64,000 nucleotides of DNA, taken from the NCBI RefSeq assembly GCF_006345805.1, contig NC_043012.1, positions 44,330,001 through 44,394,000 of the forward strand, read 5' to 3'. This DNA comes from Octopus sinensis (lineage: Eukaryota). Below are positions 38,470 through 51,844 of this stretch, in pieces. The notes below the pieces were generated by a model that saw nothing but the letters and a program-made list of their open reading frames with translations, was not told where the DNA came from and did no database searches. How positions within the stretch are numbered: the stretch's first letter is position 1; every line of letters starts with the position of its first letter. Made by a program: the position numbers and the translations under genes.

Positions 38470-38862
38470 AGGTATGACTGTGTAAATAGAAGTCTGCTTC
38501 CCAACTACATGGTTCCAGGTTCAGTCCCATTGCATGGCACTTTGGGCAAGTGTTTTCTATGATAGCCTTGGGCCGAGCAAAGCCTTGTTAGTGTATTTGA
38601 TAGACGGAAACTGAAAGAAGCCCATCATGTGTGCGTGTGTGTGTGTCTTTTTGTCTGTCTGTTCCTCCTCCACAGCTTGGCAACCAGTGCTAGAGTGTTC
38701 ACATCCCAATAACTTAGTGGTTCAGCAAAAGAAACTGATACACTAAGTACCAGGCTTTAGAAAAAAAATAAGCACTGGGGTTGGTTCATTCAACTAAGAA
38801 AAATTCTTCAAGGCAGTGCCCCAGCCTGGCCACAGTCTAATGACAGAAACAAGTAAGATAAG
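38470..38862 (+). mobile_element. SINE family A, CpG-decayed
   Basis: Homology; a further decayed copy lies at 39082-39425. Confidence 0.8.
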
Positions 38863-40044
38863 ACACATTCATACATTAATCAACCTTGGAGTTCTAGTTT
38901 TATTTCTTTTTCTTTTTATAAATTGGTTATCTGATTAAAAATGTTAACCTTGTGTTGATTTCATTTTTATCATTTGTTTTAGATTTGTTTGGGTATAACT
39001 TCAACCTGTTCTTATATTTTGGAAGCTTAATCTGAAGAAAATGCTTTGTGGATATAAATTTATTGAATTTATAACTTCATTGGTGCATGGCTGTATGTTT
39101 AGATGCTTGTTTCCCAACCACATGGTTCTGGGCCAAGTGTCTTCTGCTATAGCCTTGAGTGGATTTGGTAGGCGGAAACTGAAACAAGCCCACCATGTGT
39201 GTGTGTGTGTCTTTATGTCTGTATTTGTGCCCCACCACTTCCTGACAACAGTGTTGATGTGTTTACTTCCCTGTAACTTAGCAGTTTGGTAAAAGAGACC
39301 AATATATTAAGTACCAGGCTTAAAAATAAAACAAGTACTGGGGTCAATTAACAAGACTAAAATTCCTCAAGGTGTTGCCCCAGCATGGCCACAGTCTAAT
39401 GACTGAAACAAGTGAAAGATAAAAGATTGAAACAATCATAATGAAGAGCTAGAAACAGGAGTAGTTTGCTGTTATCATCTCAATTCGATACATGCTTGCA
39501 TCCAACTAATCCAGATGGGTTAGACCAGACTACTCGAGACAGTATTCTGTGGTCAGATGGCCTTACAGGTGCCAATTCTTACTTATTTTTAAGTGTGTGT
39601 GTGTGTGTACATATGCAAGTGCAAACATAAATATCCCAGTGGTTCAAATAACAAAACTACCCACTTTATTGAATTATAGTGTAAACAGTGTGGTGTTCTG
39701 CAGATGCCTGTACTCTAAATGTAACGTGCAGGCAAAATCAGCATGACACTGTGTATGAGAAGACAGTTGCTCAACTCGGTTACATCTGCAGATATAAATA
39801 TATATGTATGTGCTTATATGTATTATCTCTCTCTATATATATATATGGAATAAGCAAGACAAGAGGAGACATGTGAGATAAAGAGTCGCTGAAGAGGTCA
39901 CAGGATGTGTGATGAAAGAGCCTTGACAAAGACACTAAAATAATAATAATAATAAAAGTGAAGTGAAGACCAATCGTATAGCATGGGTGTTTAATTGGCA
40001 ATTTATGACAACACACATAGACACACACACACACAAACAAACAG

Positions 40045-40241
40045 AGCCCTTTATTGAAATTGAGGAGTTGCTTGATAAGGAGAAAACTAGCATTTGTTGT
40101 GCTGTAAAATTATTCTTCCATGTTGCCAAGTCCCTGACCGACAGCCAAAGGCTATTTACTGTTAGAAATGGTGTCAAAAACCTTTGTGCTCTTAATTCCA
40201 GATTCAGAATGAGGCCTGATGTTTTTCCTATCATTAACATA
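40045..40241 (+). CDS. Candidate coding exon or processed fragment (unknown protein)
   Basis: Non-repetitive open frame PFIEIEELLDKEKTSICCAVKLFFHVAKSLTDSQRLFTVRNGVKNLCALNSRFRMRPDVFPIINI; weak acceptor; codon-aligned antisense frame also open. Confidence 0.3.
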
Positions 40242-41104
40242 GTATTTTTTGTACTATGTAAATAACATTTTCCATCTGCTACTACCCCCTTCCACATAGC
40301 TATATAATTCATTTATTTTTTTATATTTTCATGGTGAAGACCACTGATGTTATTATTTACTATTCAGCATTATAGCTTTGAAGGAAAGTTTGAATTTGCT
40401 AAAGTGTTAGTATTCTGTATTGTGTTTATGAAAATGATATTTACTGTGTTCTGAATTCAAGCATAAAGTGAGGGTTCAAATTATGTTAAAGTTAATTATT
40501 CTGTATTATTATTTTGTTTTGTTTTTTCCCCTACCATCTCTAGACACATTTCTTTGATATATCTATGTCTCATCCATACAGTTCATGAACAATATATATA
40601 TAAGTGAAGTTAGATGAATGTTCAGTTGTTCAAAGTTATGTAGAAACCATAGATGTACAGAACAAATGACAGAGAAGCATGATTAGCAAACTTATGTCCA
40701 CCAAGCAGGATGCATTCAGTGACATAACAATATATTATCTTCTGTATTAGCCTTCAATGTTAAGACTTTGAAGTGATCAATGTACCTACAAATAAAGAGA
40801 ATGTAATGACACTTCTTATGTAAATCATAGGGCTAAGTCTTGCTGACTGAGTGCAATATGCTTTGCTGTGGAGGCCTAATAAATCTAATTTTCCAAAACT
40901 TTTGGTTAGCTGATATTATTATCACCCTTGATTGATTTTAGATTTTAAACACAGGGAGATTTTCTCTACTAATTGCATGGATAATCTCAGTCAAGGTCTT
41001 TTTAAATCACTATATTATGTGTGTGAGACTCTAACAGTGCATATTCGATATGTAGAACACTCTTTACAATACTTTACTCTCCCTTCAGCCTTATCTGTAA
41101 TACT

Positions 41105-41312
41105 CTTTACTTGTTTCAGTCATTTGACTGCGGCCATGCTGGAGCACCGCCTTTAATCGAGCAACTCGACCCCGGGACTTATTCTTTTGTAAGCCCAGTA
41201 CTTATTCTATCGGTCTCTTTTGCCGAACCGCTAAGTAACGGGGACATAAACACACCAGCATCGGTTGTCAAGCAATGCTAGGGGGACAAACACACTCACA
41301 CAAACACACACG

Positions 41313-41390
<78 letters not shown>

Positions 41391-41570
41391 TATGTATATA
41401 TATACATATATACGACGGGCTTCTTTCAGTTTCCGTCTACCAAATCCACTCACAAGGCTTTGGTCGGCCCGAGGCTATAGTAGAAAACACTTGCCCAAAG
41501 TGCCACGCAGTGGGACTGAACCCAGAACCATGTGGTTGGTAAACAAGCTACTTACCACACAGCCACTCAT
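41105..41570 (-). mobile_element. SINE family A, young CpG-intact copy
   Basis: 3' half nearly identical to that of 5600-6092 and retains CpGs despite depleted surroundings. Confidence 0.9.
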
Positions 41571-42407
41571 GCGTAATGTTCATAATCAGTGTCACTACAC
41601 TGTCCGTATTTATATAATATGTCTTGCTAACTGAACAGAGCATATTACGTACAATAGGAACAAGCCCATTGCTTTTATCAGTTGGCCTGAAGACAATGTC
41701 CACTCTCACCCGCATTGGCTTTATATTCCAAATGTTTCAATTAGTTGATGTTATTAGAGTTATCACACTTGCTGATTTTGATTTTAAACACCCTCCGGAG
41801 GGAGCCTTTGTCTTCTAATTACTTGGACAATCTCAGTTAATCCAAGTTTTGAACTTACTTTTTGAACACATGTAAGACTCTACTGTATATGTAGTATAAA
41901 GACAAGATAGCCATGACTGGAATATTGGTTAAACAATAGAAAATTTGACACCAATGAGATGGATCAAACGGTCTTAGATAAAAGATACATAGGAAATTGT
42001 AGCACTTAAGGTGTAAAAAGAAGGACAGTCAGGGCAAAAAAGCCTTTGATCATAGGTCTACTTAATCATGGCTGACTTAGGGCAAAAGAATAACATATCA
42101 CAGGCTGTAGTTGCCACTGTACTACTGAAGAACAAATGCATTCCCCACTAAGAGTGGTATTTTATTAAATTCCAATAAAAACGTTTTGGTTTTTTCCCTT
42201 GTGTGTGTGTGTGTGTCTTTTTGAACAGTAGTTTAGATTATAATTATTCTCTATCACTTAAGGTGGCATTTTAATGAAGTAATATCTCTTGATTACTACA
42301 TCAAATATGTGAGTGTTTTCATTACTCTTAAGTTTTCATACGGTTGATACTCATTCAGTTATTTAACGTTAATTTTCCCATGCTACCATGGGTTACACAG
42401 GATATTA

Positions 42408-42830
42408 CAGTGATACCTTGAGTACAAGTTTAATTCATTCCATGACGGCGCTTGTCTTATGATTTACTCATTTTACAAATCAATTTTCCCCATGGAAATT
42501 CACTAAAATGTAATTAATCTGTTCCAGGCCCCAAAAACCACTCAAAAATAATTTTTATGAGTTTTAAAACAGGAAGGGTGTAGTTACAAGCAAAATAACA
42601 ATTCATAAAAAAGAGAATGCAAAAGAAATCTGTAAACTGGTTTTATTAACAGAATGAGGTGCAAGTATGGCTAAGAAGAGTTTTGGAGTCTTGCATGAAA
42701 TATATTCAGTCCTATCCTGAATACCAGTACTTAAGCATGACAAAAGATAGTAAATGATAAGGAAGATAAAACTGTTTTAACTGTAATGTTTTATTTATAA
42801 AAGTAAAGTTATTTCAGTATTGTAAGTCAT
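42408..42830 (+). mobile_element. Tigger/pogo-like DNA transposon 5' fragment
   Basis: TA|CAGTGATACCTTGAGTACAAGTTTAATTCATTCC start; no matching right TIR found; right boundary approximate. Confidence 0.5.
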
Positions 42831-43074
42831 CTATATTAATGTAGGTATTATAAGTATCGGTCTGCTTTGACAGTTGGCTTGTGTCTGGTTTCTATCCTGT
42901 TCCACTCTGACTATTAGTTGACTGACTTTACACTTTGTAAAGGCCAGGCAAATGTTAAAAGACTAAAATTATCTTATTATTATCTGGATCACAAAAAAAA
43001 CATAATGAAAATACAAATCTAAAAATCTGTTCTAGTTAGAAACATAACAATAAAATATAGGATTATCTGATTCT

Positions 43075-43255
43075 ATATCGTTGTCATCATCATTACCATT
43101 ATCATCATCATCATCATCACCACCACCACCATAATCATCATCATCATCTTCATTACCATCGTTACAATTATCATCAGCATCATCCTTGTTGCCGTCATCA
43201 TCATCCTTATCATTGCCATTGTTATCATCGCCATCATCATCATCATCATAATCTA
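43075..43255. repeat. Degenerate (ATC)n microsatellite
   Basis: Directly visible. Confidence 0.93.
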
Positions 43256-43384
43256 ATGGCATAGATTATCATCAGTCAGCTCATGGATGCATGACACTAT
43301 TCTGTAAGAATTGACAGAGTTTAGCCACTAAAATGGAACGAAGCAACATATCAAAAATGTATATTTTATAACCAAAATCATTTT

Positions 43385-43815
43385 ATCCTTGAATCTTTTG
43401 CTTGTTTCAATCATTTTGACAGCGGCCATACTGGGGCACCACCTTGAGAGGTTTTTTAGTTGAACAAATCAACCTCAGGGCTTATTTTTTAAGCCTAGTA
43501 CTTATCCTAGCTGCCTCTTTTGCCAAACTGCTCGGTTACAGGGATGTAAATGCACCAACACCAATTGTCAATCAGTGACGAACACAGTCATAAACACACA
43601 CACACAATATATATATATATATATATATATATACCACATGATGGGATGCATATTTGTAACTATTGCATGAAGCCCAAACAAGGAGACATGAGAACTTTCA
43701 TGCACATATATACACATGACAGACTTTTTTCAGTTACTCCCTGTCAAATCCACTCACAAGTCTTTGGTTGGCCCAGGGTTGTAGTAGAAGAAACTTGTCC
43801 AAGCCCTGCACAATG
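43385..43815 (-). mobile_element. SINE family A, diverged; followed by family B copy at 43820-43990 (-)
   Basis: Homology to other copies. Confidence 0.75.
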
Positions 43816-44159
43816 TGATAGGTGAAGGTCAACAATTTCAGGGGAGGGTGCTATTTGATTACATCAGCCCCAGTGTTCAACTGGTACTTTTTTTATTAAC
43901 CTTGAAAGGATGAAAAGCAAAGTCAATCTTGGTGGCATTTGAACTCAGAATATAATGTTAGGAGAAATGTTGCTAAGCATTTTTTCTGGCACAGCACCTT
44001 GACACCCAAGCAAAAATATTGAAAAATAATGATGAAAATGCATATGTAATTTTTAAAAGAATTTTTTTTTATTTACAACCAGTTTCATAATTTCTTGATT
44101 TTCAAATTTGTTTGTAAAGTAAATGAAGAAATACAAAATGGAGATTTTATAGTTATGTG

Positions 44160-44254
44160 ACAACCATTGGTGAATGTATCATTTTAACTGGTTGTTTTAA
44201 ATGTGTCTTTTTCAAAGTGGTTGCCCATGAATTGATACATTCACCAGTTGTTGT
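44160..44254. other. Inverted repeat / hairpin with about 25-bp arms
   Basis: ACAACCATTGGTGAATGTATCA pairs with TGATACATTCACCAGTTGTTGT (14-bp perfect core). Confidence 0.75.
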
Positions 44255-45834
44255 AAGATGTTAAACAGTAAGTCACCATCTTATCTTTCTTCTTGCAACT
44301 TGGAATAAATGATTTACTATTTAGTTCATTTATTTTTAGTCCCTTTTGAAATCATGAAAGTGTGAAATTAGTTGGGTTGATAATTGTGAATAAAAAAAAT
44401 GATTCATATAAATCTATTTTTCTATTTAGCTATCTACCTGTTTATCTATCATCTATCTATCTATCTATACACACACACATACACACACAGGTGTGTGTGT
44501 GTGTGTGTGTAAAACATATTTTTTTCTTGCTGTGTACAAATTTTAGGCATTCAAGCAACACTCACACAACATTTACACCCTACTTATAAAGAAAGCCAAA
44601 CAATGCACAAACATACAGTAATCACCGGTATGAACCGTAATGGTGTACAAATAATAGAGTAGAGCCATCATGGACTATACCGACCCTACCTAAACCCTCA
44701 ATCTCTCAACATCTGGAATACAACAAATCCAAAACAGTGTACTTCATCATTATAATCGTTATCATCATCATCATCAACGACAATATTATTTATCATCCTC
44801 ATTGTCAATTTCGATGTTGTTTCATACCTTTTTAATCAAAATCCGAAATATATAAAAAGCAATTTCTGAGAATTGAGAATGACAGATATGATAGGTGTGG
44901 TTATATAATGAGAACTGCATACTGGTAAAACTTGATTAATTGTAAACTTATTTCTAAGCAAACTGTGAATACTTCATGTTTATTTAAAAACAGGTGTATA
45001 CAGTATATTACATTGAACAGAACAAAGAACCCAAAAAAAATTTTCTGAGGTAGAAATAGTGAATCAGAAACAAGACACAGCTCCAGATTTAATATCTTTA
45101 CTCAGCACAGAACACTAACAAAAGAATTTGTCACTGATATGGTGTTCATTTAATATCGTACATGTACTATGTGACTTAGAGGACTTGTTCAAGCTACAAT
45201 GACTGTGGAGCTATCAAACTTTTATCTCATAATCCAACATTATCCAATAAGACAGCTGCAAATCTGAATTGTATCTATTGATCATGCCCTCTTGTGTTTG
45301 TTTCCTTTATTCATCAAAATATTTTGCCAGTGTCCACAGTGTGGGTTTTCTTTTTGATTTTATCATTATGTACCCTATGTATTGTGGGTGCAGTATGGTC
45401 AAATGGTTAAGAAGTTTACTCTGCAGCCACAAGGGCTTAGGTTCAATTCCAGTGTATGGCAGTGTGGGCAAATGTCAACCTTGGGTTGACCTATGCCTTG
45501 TGATTAAAATTGAGTAGATGGAAACTATATAGAAGCCCATCAGGTGAATTGGATGTGTAATTCAAAGAGTACAGCCTCGTCACACACTGTGATGCTCGGT
45601 CATTGAGAGGTTAATTCAGCAAGTTGTATTTAGTTGATGGAATGACTGAATTTTTCTTGTCAAACAGAGATCCACCGTGTGTACTGTGTGAATTCCATGA
45701 AGCTGTGGTATATAATGTGCAGATTAGTTACTATAAAGCAAGAGTTACCCTACCAGAATGTTATACAATTTAAACAATCTGTCTTTTAATAAAGAAGCTA
45801 GGCCCACTTTTACATTATTTTCAGTACAACCCTT

Positions 45835-45843
45835 GTGTGTACA

Positions 45844-45922
<79 letters not shown>

Positions 45923-45945
45923 TTGTGTGTGTGTGTGTATGTGAA
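45835..45945. repeat. (TG)n microsatellite
   Basis: Directly visible. Confidence 0.97.
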
Positions 45946-46504
45946 GGTGTATGCATGCATCTGCACATGCACTTAAGTGTTTCTGCCTCTCTGTGCTTTG
46001 TCACTGCTTTAAGAAAATGATAACAGTAATTTGCACTCTTTGTAAATAATATATGTCACAGTTTGAATGGTTCATTCTGTGTGAAACTAATGAAATAAAA
46101 ATACATTTCAGGAAAAACAAAAACAAGGAGAGCATCTAATAATGACAAGGATAGTGGTTTGTTTCAGTTATTTTGATCATTTAGCTTTGCGCACTGGTAC
46201 CAGGCTGGAGCACTTCCTCCAAGAGTTTAGCTGGTTGTATCAACTCTAGTACTGGGAACCTATTATTTATTTTATTGATTTTAGAGGGGTGAAAGGCAAA
46301 GTTCTCCTAGGTGACATTTGAACTCATGCAGCTTATAACCCCAGAGTATTTGACTCTCTGCCCTCTATTGCTCATACAATAGATTGTTCTGCCATCTATT
46401 GCTGTTGTTTAATAATCCCTAGTCAACCTTGAAGTAATAGACATAAGACCAGACAGCAGCCAGCTAAGTATCAAGTTAAATACAAGCTAAGACCTTTATA
46501 TATA

Positions 46505-46822
46505 TTTGTGGCTGTGTGGTAAGAAGCTTACTTACCAATCAGATGGCTCTATAGTCTTGTGAGTGGATTTGGTAGGTGGAAACTGAAAGAAGCCCATCAT
46601 ATGTGTGTGTTGTGTCTGTGTTTGTCCCTCACCACTGTTTGACTATCAGTGTTGGTGTTTTTGTGTTCCTGTAACTTAGCAACTCAGCAAAAAAGAATAA
46701 TGAAATAAGAACCAGGCTTTAAACAAAAAGTACTGGGGCCAATTCATTTTATTAAAAATTTCTTCATGGTGATGCTCCAGCATGGCCACAGTCTAATGAC
46801 TGAAACAAATAAAAGACAAAGA
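46505..46822 (+). mobile_element. SINE family A, CpG-decayed with internal deletion
   Basis: Homology; a similar copy lies at 48553-48925. Confidence 0.8.
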
Positions 46823-47905
46823 TAAATCCAGCAACATATATTTTTGCATAGCATTCCATAGAATGGCATACAGTGTATTTGTTTAGACATTGTTCCTTTT
46901 AGTTTACTGTCAAATTTGTCTGAAATTTTTGAGACTTGATTAATGTTTGGTGTTGCTTGATTCCTTCTGATTTATTACAACAGTTTGGATCTGAAGAGAA
47001 AATTGATGAGGTGGTTAATTCACTCCATAATGGATAATACCTAACTGAGCAGACTTATTACACTGTGTAACATCATTTTTGTCCTTGGGTAGCAATTGTT
47101 GTTTCCGATTTGCTAGGAAAGTGTGAAAAATGACTAATGTTTCCTTCAAACTTTGCTTTTGCTTATTCAAACCCCAAAGAATCTCTCTCAACACATGGCC
47201 AGAATGCTCTCTCATTCCTCCTGCTCAGAGATGCACATATTATCAGCTGCTTAGGGGCATGGTCAAGTGGTTATAGTCAGGCAAATGGCAAGCAAATCTG
47301 AGGCATTGAGCAGAATATTTGTTATAACAACATTTCTGCTTCAGCAATTTGGTGTTGAATCTGTCTGAAATGTAATGTAAAAGTGGTCAATTCCAAAACA
47401 TTGATGTCCAGGTCACAAAAGGAATAGTAGCCATTTCTTTTGATTTCTAGGTTGAAGCAAGTAGGAAATAACATTCACTGACCAAAGACAGAAAAAACAA
47501 AATTATTACTCAGTGTTATTAGTGGCATTCTAGCTGTGATCATGTTGCCTGGGGCTAAATAGTCTAATGTGTCCTTCCATTTTTTTCTGCTAATAGGTGT
47601 GATTTGAAGAAGACTTTACTGCTATTTCTAATAGCTTGAACTCCTATGAAGACTCAATGTATGCATTTATCAACCATGAAGTCAATGCCATCTCTTCACA
47701 AACACCAGTTCTAATGCTACATTCTCATTTGCTTTGAAAGGTGTATTCCAAATAAATACAATCTCATTTCTACCATTTCTCCCTATCCCCACTAAAATAT
47801 GAATTTGCTCTTTTCACAACAATCTCTGCTATATTTAATTCAACAGAAAACCTTTATGCTAATATTACTGTGTGTCTTGTTGCTTTATACATATCTATAT
47901 CTATA

Positions 47906-47961
<56 letters not shown>

Positions 47962-48348
47962 AGAGAGAGAGAGAGAGATGATCTTTTAGTGTTTACAATA
48001 GAGCTGGAAATGTCAGCAGTGACTATTATAAATATAGACACAAACTTCCAATTTTATTTTTGTTATTTCAGTGGGTTACCCTGCCCTTACACATATATAT
48101 TCAGCAAGGATTTTTCAAATGTGTATATATTTTGTATAGATGTGTAATGCAATAAGTATTTTATATTTGGTATGTATACATTGTATATATTACATGGGAC
48201 ATCATAGTTTTCATTATATACTTGGACTCTGTACATCTCTTTCTTCTTCATTTTGTGTTTTCCACTTAGCTCACCTTTTGTAAACGTTTTACATAACTAA
48301 TTCTTCATAACATTTTTTTGCAATATGTAAAAATATCTGACAACTTAC

Positions 48349-48417
48349 CATTGCAGACTTTGTATTATTGATGAGGTAAAATAATATTAAGGCACGTCTG
48401 TAGCGACCACATTTCTG
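48349..48417 (-). CDS. Candidate 69-nt exon ending in ATG (5'UTR/start exon or QKCGRYRRALILFYLINNTKSAM)
   Basis: AATTTCATTTTCATGCTTAG acceptor and ATG|GTAAGT donor. Confidence 0.3.
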
Positions 48418-49544
48418 CTAAGCATGAAAATGAAATTATTTGTGAAATCTGTCCTTGATTTCTTGAAATTATCTTCCCTTTTCTTTGAGAGTCACTAACA
48501 ACTAGTACTAAGTGTTTGGTTTCTTTATCCTACCAAGAACTACATTTCCAAGTTTGGCTGTGTGGTAAGAAGTGTGCTTCCCAATCTCATGGCTCTGGTT
48601 CAGTCCCACCGCATGGCACCTTGGTTAAGTGTCTTCTATTATAGCCTTGGGCTGACCAAGGCCTTGTACATGGACTTCGTAGATGGAAACTGTAAGAAGA
48701 CCATCATGTGTGTGTGTTTTTCCCCCACCCCACAGCTTGACAACCAATGTTGGTTTGTTTATGTCCCTATAACTTGGCAGTTCAGCACAAGAGACCAATA
48801 GAATCAGCACCAGATTTTAAAAAGAGTAAGTACTGTGGTTGATTTGTTCAACTGAACCCTTCGAGATGGTGCTCCAGCATGGCTGCAGTTAAATGGCTGA
48901 GACAAGCAAAAGATAAAAGACAAACAAAAAAAGATGTCATGCAGTACATCGCCACCCACATGAATTACCTAAATTCCTGCCAATGAACTACTTCAGTTAT
49001 TTCCCTTTTCCCCACCCACCCACACCCACAAGATGTTTGTATGACACTGGTGAGACATACAACTTCCACAGGTGCAGGAGTGGCTGTGTGGTAAGTAGCT
49101 TGTTTACCAACCACATGGCTCCGGGTTCAATCCCACTGCGTGGCACCTTGGGCAAGTGTCTTCTACTATAAAATGAAAATTAGTTGTAATTTAAGAAAAT
49201 TTTTTTTAATTTATTAAAATACCGTACCAATTTCATACTGGTTCATAGATATACTCCTAAAATCCATTTTAAAATATATACTGAGTATAAGAGATGACTT
49301 AGTTTTTCTAAGCCATCTCCAAAATAAACCATTAGACACACTATTTGTCTCTTTTGATATAGTAAATGGAACAGAAGCCATACGATTCATCATCATCATC
49401 ATCATTTAATGACCTCCTTCCATGCTGGCATGGGTTGGACAGTTTGACAGGAGCTGCACCAAACTTCTGTGTCTGTTTTGGCATCGTTTTTATGGCTGGA
49501 TGCCCTTCTTAACACCAACCACCCCACAGAGTAATTGAAAAATT

Positions 49545-50130
49545 TTCTGACAGGAAAAATTTCTGAACAACCTATCTGAAAAAATTGAGAAAAGCTCTAT
49601 CATTGAAAAATTAAAGTTCATCCTGCAAAATACTTCTTTAATTTCAATATCTATGGACAAATATCTAGGACTGTGATGGGTATGAAAGTAGCCCCTATAT
49701 ATGCTAATCTTGTCATAGTATACTTAGAAGTCTAAATATATGAATACATACGATTAAGGTTTGGCAGTAATCTCCATAAATACCTATTTGCCAACTGGAA
49801 ATGCTATCTGGATGATTATTTTAGTCTGTAGACACAGTGTGGATCAACTCTATGGGTTTAGAATTCTAGTTAATAACAAACCACAGTATTCAATTCACAG
49901 TGGAATATGGTGAAAAGAAAGTAATGTTTTGGGATACTTTAATCATGCAAAGAGATATAAACATTGAACTGACAACTAGTTCAAACCAACAGACTCAAAA
50001 CAATGTTTGTTATTTTCTTCTTGCCCCTCCAAATAATGTGAAATAAATATACCTTTTAACCTGGTAAGAAGAATTTGCACAATTGTATCCAGTCCAAAGC
50101 TTTCAGAAAAAATACTTGTTTTTTAACAAA
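49545..50130 (+). pseudogene. Penelope-like element reverse transcriptase remnant
   Basis: LKFILQN, MGMKVAPIYANLV, WKCYLDDYF, IQFTVEYG, KPTDSKQCLLFSSC, IPFNLVRRICTIVS motifs; stops and frameshifts. Confidence 0.85.
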
Positions 50131-50471
50131 CATCCCAAATTCTAACATTTCCCTTTAAATCAATGTATCAAGAACACTCAGTGTGCACTTGCAGTTTTTT
50201 GTAATATGTGTAGAAGTGTGAAAGTGTAGTGGCCTGTGATAGTGAGGGTGTGGTTGGTTGTTTGATGTAATCATATTGTTTGTGAAGAATGCATGTGAAA
50301 AGGTGGTAGTGGGTTTAGTGGGAGGTAAAAGGAAAGGCAAGAAGAATGTGGCGGGTGCGGTAGATATGTGTGCAAGGTATGGATGTGAGATGTTGTTGGT
50401 AGCAAAGTAAGAGGAAAAAGAAAAATAGCAATAAAACATTAGTGCAAAAAACTTTTTTTAATTCTGTATTT

Positions 50472-50695
50472 ATAGGCATAGGAGTAGCTGTGTGGTATAG
50501 GCATAGGAGTGGCTGTGTGGTATAGGCGTAGGAGTGGCTGTGTGGTAAGTAGCTTGCTTACGAACATCATGGTTCCAGATTCAGTCCCACTGCAAGGCAC
50601 CTTGGGCAAGTGTCTTCTACTATAGCCTCGGGCTGACCAAAGCCTTGTGAGTGGATTTGGTAGACGGAAACTGAAAGAAACCCATCATATATATG

Positions 50696-50729
<34 letters not shown>

Positions 50730-50963
50730 ATATATATATATGCATGTGTGTGTGTGTATTTGTTTGTGTTTGTCTCCCCAACATTGCTTGACAACCAATA
50801 CTGTTGTGTTTACATCCCCGGAATTTAGCGGTTCAGCAAAAGAGACTGATAGAATAAGTACTAGGCTTACAAAGAATAAGTCCTGGAGTCTATTTGCTTG
50901 ATTAAAGGCAGTGCTCCAGCATGGCCACAGTCAAATTACTGAAACAAGTAAAAGAGTAAAAGA
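50472..50963 (+). mobile_element. SINE family A with triplicated 25-bp 5' end
   Basis: ATAGGCATAGGAGT(A/G)GCTGTGTGGT repeated three times at 50472-50546. Confidence 0.88.
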
Positions 50964-51147
50964 ATATGAGTGAAGAAAATTTGTGAGGCACGTGCAGGGG
51001 CAAGATGGAGGTGATAGAGGTGTGTTGATGTCAGAATGTAAAGCATAGCATCGAAAAGCAGAGGGGAAAAAAGTGTGAAAATGGAGGTGATATCCTTATG
51101 CTCAATTAGTGATGCAAGTTGTGAAGATCCCCTATGCTTATGAGAGT

Positions 51148-51800
51148 ATATATATATATATAAAACTCAACTTGTGTGTCTGTGTGTGTATCTCTGTGTG
51201 TGTCTGTGTGTTTAACTTCCCGGCACATCTCCTCCTAGCCAACAAATCGTAGAACCACCAAAAATAGGTCACGTAAAGTTTAGGCGAATGAAAATTGGAC
51301 TGCGCTATTTCTGTTCCAAAATTCATCTCGCAAGTGCAAAAATCGATAATGTGTTTGTTTAGGCCTTATCCCATGCATTGAATAGTGAACTTTACTCAGT
51401 CAGCTGTTTGACGTGAACTGTGCAAGCATGCATAAATTGCGTGAAAAATAAAAAATCAAGATATAAAAATGAATCGCTGTAAACATTGTAGAAATTCGGC
51501 AAAGAAATGAATTTTCGGAATGTAGCCTGGAGGGTTTTTCCGTATTAATCGTTTGGACTTTGTGAACACATACCAATTGTTTTCATAACATTTTTAATGC
51601 TTTGAATTAAATGTGACCATTTTGTGTTGAGTCTGCAGTTTGAATCACTTTAACCAAATTTTAGCAGGACGGATTTTTGATCATTAGGATACATCGCCAG
51701 CGACTCCCTGAAACTCTCCCCTGAAATCCCCGTTCAGAAATCTATATATATAAAACTCAACTTGTGTGTCTGTGTGTATCTGTGTGTTTAACTTTTAGAT
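51148..51800 (+). mobile_element. Helitron-like non-autonomous element plus repeated 5' end at 51741
   Basis: TATATATATAAAACTCAACTTGTGTGTCTGTG occurs twice (at 51148 and after A|TC at 51741); CpG retained. Confidence 0.55.
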
Positions 51801-51844
51801 CTACCAAGTTTCTTTATTAAGAATGGAAAGTAGTGTGTAGCAAA

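Noticed and set aside
44218-44252. Micro-exon encoding VAHELIH (HExxH metalloprotease-like)
   Set aside because: Too short to be significant; overlaps the 3' arm of the hairpin; no other protease exons seen.
51190-51720. CpG-rich patch suggesting a promoter
   Set aside because: Lies within a Helitron-like insertion that explains the retained CpGs.
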